NCBI GenBank assembly: GCA_021773435.1
Contig: JAJFKC010000026.1
Location: 40,108 to 104,107 of the forward strand
Length of the DNA stretch: 64,000 nucleotides
Reading direction: 5' to 3'
Origin: Porticoccaceae bacterium
GTDB lineage: Bacteria; Pseudomonadota; Gammaproteobacteria; Pseudomonadales; Porticoccaceae
In this document: positions 1 through 7,974 of the stretch, piece after piece
Layout: every line of letters starts with the position of its first letter
Position numbering within the stretch: the stretch's first letter is position 1
Program-made: the position numbers and the translations under genes
The notes under the pieces: generated by a model
Database searches by the model: none
The model's input: only the letters and a program-made list of their open reading frames with translations
Told to the model about the DNA's origin: nothing

Positions 1-335
1 CACATGACCATGCCTATCGAGGCATAAATGATCTCTGCACAGACTCCGTCCTGCTCCTGAATCTCCGCTCGAAATGCCGGGTTCCATGCGGCGTTGGGTA
101 GATCTTCAAATTTAGCGGTGCGGAATTTAACCAGGTCTTCGGCTGGCACACCGGCGGCGCCCAACAAGGCCAGAGGAATAATGTCATCCAGGCCGGGAAT
201 ATTAAAAATCGAGCAACCACCGGGGCCATCGACCACCTGTGGCGCGCGATCACGAAACTTCGGCTCAATAAAATCAATATAGGTATTTGGCGGCTCTACG
301 ATATGTGAGTCAGCGGAGATTCCGGGTTTACGCAT
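1..335 (-). CDS. Amidohydrolase-2 family metal-dependent hydrolase. The N-terminal part is present and the gene runs off the left edge.
   Basis: Absent from the ORF track because it is open at the window edge. My reverse-strand translation from the ATG at 335-333 reads MRKPGISADSHIVEPPNTYIDFIEPKFRDRAPQVVDGPGG... The (I/V)D/SADSH(I/V)xEP start is typical of the amidohydrolase_2 fold. A purine-rich AGAGGAAAA lies just upstream. Confidence 0.6.
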   Translation of the reverse strand, partial: MRKPGISADSHIVEPPNTYIDFIEPKFRDRAPQVVDGPGGCSIFNIPGLDDIIPLALLGAAGVPAEDLVKFRTAKFEDLPNAAWNPAFRAEIQEQDGVCAEIIYASIGMVM

Positions 336-613
336 TAGTTTTTCCTCTTGCTCGACGTTTACTAGCGTGGGTTATTTAGGCAGGTCAGGCATTTGTCAGG
401 AGGATGACACTTTTGCAATTACCAGGCATTTCGTCAAAGGTGGTTAAGCACCCAATTGATTTGAGTCAAGGCTGAGTTGTTTTTAATAAATACCTAATCG
501 ATACCTGGTCAACACCTAAGACAGGCGAACTGGTTTGCCACCATGGAGGCACTTGTTTACGATTGCGGCTAAATAAATATCAATAATTGGCACGCATACG
601 AAGGGGAATAAGC

Positions 614-1528
614 ATGGGCGACATTCAATTTGGCACAGGGATAAGAACGGTGACAGACATCGCCGCATCCGCCAGGCATATCGAAGGCCTGGGTTTTGAC
701 ATTGTTAGCGCCGGGGAACACGTGATGTTCCACACCCCCATTGGCAACACCTATATCACCCTGAGTGTCGCCGCTGGCGCTACCGAGAGTATCAAACTGA
801 TGAGCACCATAGTGCTCTTACCCCTGTACCCAGCGGCGCTGGCCGCCAAATTGGGCGCAGCGCTGGACAATGCCTCCGGTGGCAGATATATGTTCGGTGT
901 TGGTGTCGGCGGCGAATTCCCCACAGAGTTCGAAGCCTGCGGTGTGCCGGTCAAGGAGCGCGGGGCACGAACCACTGAAGCCCTGCAGGTGATTCGCGAA
1001 CTCTGGACCGATGATGCAGTGACCTTCCACGGCCGGTTTAACACCCTTAACGAAGTCACCCTGAATCCAAAGCCCATACAGCAACCCACCCCGCCCATCT
1101 GGGTAGCGGGTCGCCAGGACGCCGCCAAGCGCAGGGCCGCATTGCACGGTGATGGCTGGCTGCCCTATATGTATTCCCCTGAGATGTTAAAGGACAGCAT
1201 CGATTCTATCTCGTCTATACGCGCCGACCACAATATGAGTATGGATAACTTCAACAATGGCGTATTTATCTTTACCGCCGTGCACAAAGATCGCGATAAA
1301 GCCCGGGAAATGGCCGCCGCACAACTGGGCAAACAATACGCTCAGAACTTTGACAACCTGGTATCAAAGTACACTTTGATCGGCACACCGGAAGATTGCC
1401 GCAAACGACTGCGAGAATATATCGATGCAGGCGGCAAACTGTTTATGCTCACCTCGGCCTGCCCGGAAGCTTATGTCGATGAAAACCTCCGTTTGATCGC
1501 AGAAGAAGTCATTCCGGAATTTAGGTAA
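614..1528 (+). CDS. Luciferase-like (LLM class) flavin/F420-dependent oxidoreductase
   Basis: The ORF is 587-1528. The internal ATG at 614 follows GAAGGGG. The product (MGDIQFGTG...GFDIVSAGEHV...IWVAGR...GDGWLP) has the LLM TIM-barrel pattern. Confidence 0.8.
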   Translation: MGDIQFGTGIRTVTDIAASARHIEGLGFDIVSAGEHVMFHTPIGNTYITLSVAAGATESIKLMSTIVLLPLYPAALAAKLGAALDNASGGRYMFGVGVGGEFPTEFEACGVPVKERGARTTEALQVIRELWTDDAVTFHGRFNTLNEVTLNPKPIQQPTPPIWVAGRQDAAKRRAALHGDGWLPYMYSPEMLKDSIDSISSIRADHNMSMDNFNNGVFIFTAVHKDRDKAREMAAAQLGKQYAQNFDNLVSKYTLIGTPEDCRKRLREYIDAGGKLFMLTSACPEAYVDENLRLIAEEVIPEFR

Positions 1529-1591
1529 TTTAAAACCCGCTGCCTATACTGACTAAAACGCTTCTTAATAAAACAAACACAGGACATCATC

Positions 1592-2497
1592 ATGAAAATA
1601 GGCATCAACTCCGGCGCAGCATCCGGCCCCGAAACCACCTTTCCCGGCCTCATCGAGCGCGCAAAAAAAATGGAAGCCCACGGCTTCGACTGTTTCTGGA
1701 TGGCCAATATGTTCGGCCTCGACGCGCTGACTGCTCTGGCCATCGTCGGGCAAAACACCACCAAGATTCAGCTGGGTACGGCGGTAGTGCCTAGCTACCC
1801 CCGGCATCCGCTGGTCATGGCGCAACAGGCCGCCACCACCAATGCCGCAGCCTCGGGCCGCTTTCATCTCGGCATCGGCCTGTCCCACAAACCCATTATC
1901 GAAGGCATGTTTGGCATGTCCTACGACAAGCCCGCCAAGCACATGCGCGAATACCTCGAAGTACTCGCGCCAGCCGTGCGTAACGAGAAAGTCAACTACA
2001 AGGGTGAGCAGTACAGCGCCCGTGGCCAGATTGCCGTCAGCGAATCCGAGTCCGTGCCGGTGCTGGTCGCCGCTCTTGGCGATGTGATGCTAAAACTGGC
2101 TGGCACTCTGGCAGACGGCACCATCACCTGGATGACCGGCCTGAAAACCCTGGAAGATCATATTATCCCCAAAATTCGCAAAGCCGCCGCCGACGCCGGG
2201 CGGCCCGAACCACGCATTGTCGCCGGTGTTCCCACCGCCATCGTTTCGGACAAAGAAGCCGCCGTCGCCCGTATCGAGAAGGGTATGAAGATGTACGGCC
2301 AGCTGGATTCCTACCGCGCCATGCTAAACAAAGAAGGCGCATCAGGGCCATCCGACATTGCCAATATCGGTGATGAGGGTGAGCTGCGAAAATATATCCA
2401 GCGACTGCGGGATATTGGTGTCACCGACCTTAACTGTGCGGTATTGGGCGTGGGTGATCACGACACCACGGTGGAATTTATGGCTAGCGAGCTTTAA
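1592..2497 (+). CDS. LLM class F420-dependent oxidoreductase
   Basis: 301 aa. MKIGINSG...GFDCFWMANMFGLDALT...LGIGLSHKPIIE...DGTITWM is typical of the small LLM/F420 family. Confidence 0.8.
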   Translation: MKIGINSGAASGPETTFPGLIERAKKMEAHGFDCFWMANMFGLDALTALAIVGQNTTKIQLGTAVVPSYPRHPLVMAQQAATTNAAASGRFHLGIGLSHKPIIEGMFGMSYDKPAKHMREYLEVLAPAVRNEKVNYKGEQYSARGQIAVSESESVPVLVAALGDVMLKLAGTLADGTITWMTGLKTLEDHIIPKIRKAAADAGRPEPRIVAGVPTAIVSDKEAAVARIEKGMKMYGQLDSYRAMLNKEGASGPSDIANIGDEGELRKYIQRLRDIGVTDLNCAVLGVGDHDTTVEFMASEL

Positions 2498-2707
2498 GGC
2501 TGGAATAAAAAGCCTAAGGAAGGGCGCAGGCTGTTGAGGGTTCGTAAGGGGCTACTACAAAGTCAAAAAGGTCTTTTTAATCGGGCTTCGCTGATGCCGT
2601 AGATAGCTAAAACTCTATACCAGCGTTCGAAATCTTTGCGACCCCTTTGATGATCCGTACTGGATGCATGATCGGAGGAAGACAATTATAGCTAGATCGG
2701 CTAGAGT

Positions 2708-2728
2708 TGAGGTTCAGGAAGAACCTCA
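2708..2728. promoter_or_regulatory. Perfect 8-bp inverted repeat (TGAGGTTC-N5-GAACCTCA) just upstream of the antitoxin start. Candidate autoregulatory operator.
   Basis: Read directly at 2708-2715 and 2721-2728. It ends 10 nt before the ATG at 2739. RHH antitoxins usually bind palindromes in their own promoter. Confidence 0.4.
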
Positions 2729-2738
2729 GGGAATCGCT

Positions 2739-2987
2739 ATGCCGTTAAAAGCTACCTCAGTGAGACTGGACTACGAAACCTTAAAGCGTGTCGGCCAGAT
2801 GGCTGAGGCGATGGATAGACCCCGCGCGTGGCTGATGGCAGAAGCTATCAAACAATATGTAGCCCGTGAAGAATGGTTTATCCACGAAGTAGAAAATGGT
2901 GTGAAAGCAGCGGATGAAGGCCACTTGATTGACCATGCGGACATCAAAGCCAAGTGGGAGACGAGGCGTGCAGCTCAAATGGACTGA
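2739..2987 (+). CDS. Ribbon-helix-helix (CopG/ParD-like) type II antitoxin
   Basis: MPLKATSVRLDYETLKRVGQMAEAMDRPRAWLMAEAIKQYV. This has the RHH beta-strand (SVRLD) plus two helices. Its 3' end overlaps the downstream toxin gene. Confidence 0.75.
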   Translation: MPLKATSVRLDYETLKRVGQMAEAMDRPRAWLMAEAIKQYVAREEWFIHEVENGVKAADEGHLIDHADIKAKWETRRAAQMD

Positions 2988-3264
2988 CCTTGCCGACATT
3001 GATTTAAAAAACATCGAAGCCCATATTACCCAGAAAAATAGCCCCTTGGTTGCTATCGACTTGATTATAAACGTCATCGATAGAGTTAATCTGATCTTAC
3101 CCGACCATCCCAGAGCGGGGCGTCAGGGGAGATTGAAAAACACACGGGAGCTGGTCATTGATGATGTACCGTTTGTCGTGATCTATCGAGAGCATATGAA
3201 CGCAAATACGATTGAAATTTTACGCGTTCTTCATGAGACTCAGCAGTGGCCGACAGCGCGTTAA
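2968..3264 (+). CDS. RelE/ParE family type II toxin
   Basis: VQLKWTDLADIDLKNIEAHI...GRQGRLKNTRELVIDDVPFVVIYRE...IEILRVLHETQQWP matches the ParE/RelE pattern. I prefer the GTG start at 2968, which overlaps the antitoxin by 20 nt. The track ORF begins at 2929. Confidence 0.75.
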   Translation: MQLKWTDLADIDLKNIEAHITQKNSPLVAIDLIINVIDRVNLILPDHPRAGRQGRLKNTRELVIDDVPFVVIYREHMNANTIEILRVLHETQQWPTAR

Positions 3265-3295
3265 AGGAACCCGACCCCAGGCTTTGGATAGCTTT

Positions 3296-3314
3296 AATTC
3301 TAGACCCGACCCTC
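3296..3314 (-). repeat. Copy of the GGGTCnGGTCTAGA-core intergenic repeat (reverse orientation)
   Basis: The reverse complement reads GAGGGTCGGGTCTAGAATT. Related copies lie at 7237, 7452, 7525 and 9281. Confidence 0.5.
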
Positions 3315-3497
3315 GTGTCTTCAGAACTCCGTAATGCACAGGCACAAGTTGGGGATCCGGTTTAGAAGCAGGTTTCAGTAAGCCGAAGAATTGTAAGGAG
3401 TTTCTCAAACCAAACTCCGAACCTGGGCCGAACAGCTAATTATCTGATTCTATCGATGAATTACTAATTCGCCACCCACAGGGGTCTAACCATGTTT

Positions 3498-4340
3498 TCA
3501 GCGTAGCCTGAAGAAGTGATTTTGTAACCTGGGCCAAGGGATGCTGAGCTGGGAGAACATTCGTGGTAAAGCCCAGAAACTTATGGGCCTTGTCCCGCTG
3601 AGTGCCCACCACGTCAAGGAACCAAGCGTGGTAGATTCGCTCGGTAAGAATGGTAGCCACTTGCGACGCAGACTAACTAACTCCTCTGCAGTCACCAAAT
3701 TGGTGTAACCATAGTTCCGCCGCACTTCCACACGAAAGGGGCCTGCATCATCGAACAGTTGGCGGTACAGGTTTACGCTTCGGTAGACGGCCTGATACTC
3801 TCCCTGTGCCAGATATACGCTCTGATGTGAAGTCGATTCGCGGAGGATTATCGATCCCCCTTCAGTAAGACGGTTTTTTAAAGAGTGGAGCAGCTCAATA
3901 AGGTCGTCGTCATTCAGATACATACACAGCCCGCCCAGGAAGATCATGTCGAAGGAGCCTTCCGGCAAGTCATGTCGACCGTCGCCTTCGAGTATCTTAA
4001 CGTTGGGCAGACTCGCTACCCTTTCCCTGGCAGCCTTCAACATGAGCTTGCTTTGCTCGATTCCCATGACAGTCTTATAGCGCGGGGAAAAGATCTCTGA
4101 CCAGGTTCCTGCGCCACAGCCAACATCAAGCACTCGCCCCGAGTCATTCACCGCGCCCAGCCAATCGCTGATAGTTTCTATCTCTTTCTGCAGTCGATAT
4201 CTGGCCGCACTGGCTGGGAGATTGAACTCATGGGTCATCATGCTCACAGTGGCAGCGGTGCCACCCGATGCCTTATCAAAGTATTTCTTTACGGCTGCAT
4301 CGTCGATCTGTGCTTCGGTGGCGTTCTTATGATTCATCAC
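3498..4340 (-). CDS. Class I SAM-dependent methyltransferase
   Basis: Motif I is VLDVGCGAGTW, followed by an acidic loop and DMIFLGG..YL. It is the last gene of the AT-richer four-gene operon. The C-terminal ~50 aa are not typical of the fold, so the ORF may over-extend. Confidence 0.8.
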   Translation of the reverse strand: MMNHKNATEAQIDDAAVKKYFDKASGGTAATVSMMTHEFNLPASAARYRLQKEIETISDWLGAVNDSGRVLDVGCGAGTWSEIFSPRYKTVMGIEQSKLMLKAARERVASLPNVKILEGDGRHDLPEGSFDMIFLGGLCMYLNDDDLIELLHSLKNRLTEGGSIILRESTSHQSVYLAQGEYQAVYRSVNLYRQLFDDAGPFRVEVRRNYGYTNLVTAEELVSLRRKWLPFLPSESTTLGSLTWWALSGTRPISFWALPRMFSQLSIPWPRLQNHFFRLR

Positions 4341-4364
4341 TGGGTAATTTCTGTGATTTCATTG

Positions 4365-5006
4365 CTATCTTCTCAACAGCATCCAGCCATAAATAGCTGT
4401 TAATCCAAAGACATAGGCGGTGAGTACATAAACCCACCTTCCCGTAAACTTTGGCGTTCTTATTGGCGCTACATTCAAGGCCGCCATAGCGACAACAGTT
4501 ATGTATGTGACGACTGAAAAAAAAGTGTGGTTTAAAACAGACTCAAAGAGAAAGACAAAAGCGAGAATAATGCCATTATTGTCAACGGCCATTCCTATGT
4601 AAGACGAATCATCATTCAGTCCGAACAGATTGAAATAACTCAGCCGTATTGCGCAGGCCGCGACAATAAGAAATGCACCTGGCAGAAACAATGGGCTGAA
4701 TTCGCCATAGCTCAAGAGAATAAGCGCGGGAAGAACCCCAAAACTTACAATATCTATCAACGAGTCAAGCTGTCCCCCGAAAGCCTGGAATTCGTTTGTT
4801 CGACCCTTCATCCGACGGGCAATGATTCCATCGCCCCAATCAAAAAGTGTCGCCCAGATCATTCCGATTATTGCAGCAGGAAAGTTGCCCAGAACAGCGA
4901 AATATATACCAAGGACCGCACATAACAGACCTGCAAGGGAGCAGATATTGGGAAGATCTCTGACAAAAGAAAGTATTGTGGCTTGTTGAGGTTTGGGGCT
5001 TGTCAT
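4365..5006 (-). CDS. CDP-alcohol phosphatidyltransferase family membrane protein (PssA/Pcs-like)
   Basis: Signature DWGDGIIAR-x12-G-x3-D-x3-D followed by IVSFGVLP. The sequence has multiple hydrophobic helices. The layout resembles small bacterial subclass-II phosphatidylserine synthases, with a longer spacer after the AR. Confidence 0.85.
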   Translation of the reverse strand: MTSPKPQQATILSFVRDLPNICSLAGLLCAVLGIYFAVLGNFPAAIIGMIWATLFDWGDGIIARRMKGRTNEFQAFGGQLDSLIDIVSFGVLPALILLSYGEFSPLFLPGAFLIVAACAIRLSYFNLFGLNDDSSYIGMAVDNNGIILAFVFLFESVLNHTFFSVVTYITVVAMAALNVAPIRTPKFTGRWVYVLTAYVFGLTAIYGWMLLRR

Positions 5007-5011
5007 TGTTT

Positions 5012-6118
5012 CTATGCTTTTAAGTTCACTACATCGATTAAAGCCGCGACTAATTTACAATTCTCTTCTTCTGTACGACTGGCAATCCTGAGGTAACGGT
5101 CAGAATCGGGTTGAGTTTTACCTGAGCAGTCCTTTATGTACATGTTATGTTCAACAAATAATTTTTTCATAATTTCCGGTGCGCTTTGCACAGTATCTGG
5201 CAGGCGACAGAAAATGTAATTTGCATCTGGCTTGAAAACCGTCATACCTTTTACAGCACAAAGTTTTGTATAGAGGCTGTCTCTGTCAGCTCGAACCTGT
5301 TTGCAGCTTTCAATAAACTCATCTTTGTAATCAGGCAAAATCCGCAGAAACTCTTCGGCGAAACCGTTGATATTCCAGATGTGTACGCCATTTCTAACGG
5401 CCTGTGTAAATTCTGAATTCGCTGACAACATGTAACCAATCCTGAGCCCACAGATCCCGTAGGCCTTGCTCATGCTTTTGAAAATAGCCATATTCGGATA
5501 ATTTTCGATTTCTCGTTCCAGGCTTATTTGAGCAGGATTTTCTGCAAAATCCAAAAATGATTCGTCAATAATCAGAATGCAATTATGAGTTTCAAGTTTC
5601 TTTGCAAGGCGAATGAGATCGGCCTTGGAAACGAGCATAGATGTTGGATTATTCGGTGTAACCACGACAGCGACATCAGCTTTTACTCTCATCGCTTCGG
5701 CAGCAAATTTATCCACATCCAACTGGAAGGATGGAAATTCAAGTGGAAACTCAACGACTTTACCTGACGGCGCTGCATTGGCATATTCATTAAAAGAAGG
5801 CACGGGAACGATTAATTTACCCGCTATATGACCGGATACTATTTTTATTAATTCTGCAGCTCCGTTTCCCACAACAATTCTTTCGGCGGGTTGGTCAATT
5901 ACTTTGCCAACAAGGTTGGCAAGGGCATCTTGTGCCACCGGATAATTCAGAACAAGATCATGAATTTGATCTTTAAAGTTTGTGAAGATAGCCTCAGGCG
6001 GGAAATAAAGATTATAAAGATAGGCATGGTCTATAAAATCATGCCTATAGTAACCACCATGTTGCTTAGAGATAAATTCGTATTTTTCAGATTGAGTCTT
6101 GTAATTATTTTGCGACAC
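5012..6118 (-). CDS. PLP-dependent class I/II aminotransferase-fold enzyme (HisC/CobD-like; aminotransferase or phospho-amino-acid decarboxylase)
   Basis: The SMSKAYGICGLRIGY Schiff-base lysine motif and the TPNNPT motif are present. The window also holds a canonical hisC at 34582-35643, so this is a paralog with another role. Confidence 0.8.
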   Translation of the reverse strand: MSQNNYKTQSEKYEFISKQHGGYYRHDFIDHAYLYNLYFPPEAIFTNFKDQIHDLVLNYPVAQDALANLVGKVIDQPAERIVVGNGAAELIKIVSGHIAGKLIVPVPSFNEYANAAPSGKVVEFPLEFPSFQLDVDKFAAEAMRVKADVAVVVTPNNPTSMLVSKADLIRLAKKLETHNCILIIDESFLDFAENPAQISLEREIENYPNMAIFKSMSKAYGICGLRIGYMLSANSEFTQAVRNGVHIWNINGFAEEFLRILPDYKDEFIESCKQVRADRDSLYTKLCAVKGMTVFKPDANYIFCRLPDTVQSAPEIMKKLFVEHNMYIKDCSGKTQPDSDRYLRIASRTEEENCKLVAALIDVVNLKA

Positions 6119-6971
6119 TTAAGGCTTCTGCTGCTTTTTTTGCAGGGATTACGTCATTGCTTAATGGAGTGTCAAGAAAACGCGGCGCTGAAAGAGGAAC
6201 AGTTTTTACATCCATGTACTTATCTGATAAAAATAGTTTCTCTGCTATTGCCAAATCGGCAAGAGTGTCTATTTCATACCAAGGCTTGCCGTCAAAAGAG
6301 ACACTTTCAAAAGAGAGACTGCCATCGACAATCATTTGTGCAAATACGGTTTCGTAATAATCATTTACTTTGCCATCTGAAATAGACTTGTCTAATCTTT
6401 GTACAATCCCATTCCAGGACTTAAGTGAAATGCTGTAAATATTCACAGTTTTGTATTTTATCTCACCAAAAGAATCTGCCTTGTCTGCCAAAAATGCTTT
6501 AACTTTTTTAGACTTATTGATAGTTACGCTCGTCCCATTCATCCAGGGCTGCAACCTTGCGGCAGCTAGTCTGTCGGGATAGAGCATGTCGTCCAGAAGC
6601 GATTCATCAAAAACAAGATCACTTTCGAGTAAGAGAAACGGCTCACTGATAACTTTACGTGCCATCCAGAGAGAATAGATATTATTGGTAGACTTATATA
6701 AGGGGCTGAAAATATATTCGACTTTTATGCCACCCATCTGATCACCCAAAAAATCTTTTATGTAATTTTCAAGATATCCTGTAACCACAACCAGCCGTTT
6801 GAAACCATGCTGATTCAGAATGTTGATCATCCGTTCAAGTATTGATATGCCATTGACTATTGTCAGACATTTTGGAGCGTTCTGAGTTAAGGGGTATAGG
6901 CGGGAGCCTGTTCCGGCGGCGAGAAGTAGTGCGGTGCTTATCCGTTTTTTATCCTGGTGCCCATGCTTCAA
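6105..6971 (-). CDS. LicC-like nucleotidyltransferase (CTP:phospho-alcohol cytidylyltransferase family)
   Basis: An N-terminal LLLAAGTGSRLYPLT loop, then KSTNNIYSLW and WYEIDTLADL, as in LicC/PntC-type cytidylyltransferases. Overlaps the downstream PLP-enzyme gene by 14 nt. Confidence 0.8.
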   Translation of the reverse strand: MKHGHQDKKRISTALLLAAGTGSRLYPLTQNAPKCLTIVNGISILERMINILNQHGFKRLVVVTGYLENYIKDFLGDQMGGIKVEYIFSPLYKSTNNIYSLWMARKVISEPFLLLESDLVFDESLLDDMLYPDRLAAARLQPWMNGTSVTINKSKKVKAFLADKADSFGEIKYKTVNIYSISLKSWNGIVQRLDKSISDGKVNDYYETVFAQMIVDGSLSFESVSFDGKPWYEIDTLADLAIAEKLFLSDKYMDVKTVPLSAPRFLDTPLSNDVIPAKKAAEALSVAK

Positions 6972-7236
6972 TTTTTATCCTTCCTTTAAGTGTGAAAAAT
7001 CTAAACGTATCGATTGTTGGTAGAAAACGAAGCCACGGCTTCGTGAATTACCAAGCAAAAAGCTACATTAAGAAAAAACAAAGGTAGGGATTTGAGCAGT
7101 GGGTAGTTGCCGGGTAAAGCCAGCTGCTAAATGGTAGAACAACTGGCAGCATGCCAGAAAGGTCGCGCAAAGTACAGGTTCTTGTGGAGACGAAGGGTCG
7201 CTGAAGATACTTATGGGACTAAAAAGAGGCCGGGAT

Positions 7237-7256
7237 AGAGGTCTAGATTCGATGCC
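7237..7256 (+). repeat. Copy of the GGTCTAGA-core intergenic repeat
   Basis: AGAGGTCTAGATTCGATGCC. Nearly identical to the copy at 7452-7471 (CGGGGTCTAGATTTGATGCC). Confidence 0.5.
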
Positions 7257-7451
7257 TAGAAAACCAGTTTCCAAAATCAATCCGCCTCCCGAATTCGAGC
7301 CTTACGCACAATTTCCCACGAGAAGCTAACTGACTCGGGGCTTGCAATGCCACATTGCTCTACAAGAAAACCCAGGGGCACGTCTTAAAGCCATACAATG
7401 TTGGCCATCGGGTTCGATGCTGTGATTCTGCGATAGCCTGACGTCAAAAAA

Positions 7452-7471
7452 CGGGGTCTAGATTTGATGCC
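7452..7471 (+). repeat. Copy of the GGTCTAGA-core intergenic repeat
   Basis: CGGGGTCTAGATTTGATGCC. Direct repeat of 7237-7256. Confidence 0.5.
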
Positions 7472-7524
7472 CACAGAGCAAAGCTTACCTAAACAACCCA
7501 CATGTCTAGCTGAGACAAGACTTC

Positions 7525-7544
7525 ATTTCTAGACCTGACCCTTC
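7525..7544 (-). repeat. Copy of the GGGTCnGGTCTAGA-core intergenic repeat (reverse orientation)
   Basis: The reverse complement reads GAAGGGTCAGGTCTAGAAAT. Confidence 0.5.
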
Positions 7545-7974
7545 TTCCTGCATAGGGGATATTGTCGGCACCACTCTACACCCGTTGCACAACACCCGGT
7601 TCAACAATCCAAAAAATGTTTTCGACCACGCATGCCAGGAAGGAGATTTCCGCGTGATTGTCCTCGCTACAAGCGACTAGCATTTCTCATCCGGTCACTA
7701 TCTCCCTGAAAAGAACTCGCGTGTAATTTATTTGCCCTACGACCGAATCAGTGGACACTTTACTTACGCGTACGAGCTTATCAGGCAAATATTTCTCAGT
7801 CTCTATCACGCAATCTTCATTATATTGATTTATATCAATGTTTAATGCCTAGAATAAAGTATTATTTTATCGGTTAATTTTTACCGACCATTAAGATATC
7901 ACTTAGCACTTAAATTAGGTTCCGCGTGCCCCGGAGGGCGTGGCGGCGCTTTTGTTATTAAGATAAGGAAAAAC

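Noticed and set aside
751-1128. Antisense and alternate-frame ORFs inside well-supported genes. Examples: 751-1128, 1565-1942, 10743-11387, 15820-16440, 17971-18336, 37994-38593, 42248-42709, 51423-51914.
   Set aside because: These are shadow ORFs typical of GC-rich coding DNA. Each lies wholly within a gene that has strong family motifs on the other strand or frame, and their products are Arg/Pro/Ser-rich low-complexity sequences.
7068-7280. 70-aa ORF in the long intergenic region
   Set aside because: It has no recognisable motif and spans a repeat copy. I treat it as non-coding unless BLASTX shows a gene remnant.
7405-7440. tRNA or tRNA fragment suggested by the GGTTCGATGC T-loop-like string
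   Set aside because: No acceptor stem, D-arm or anticodon arm could be folded around it. It is probably a chance resemblance.
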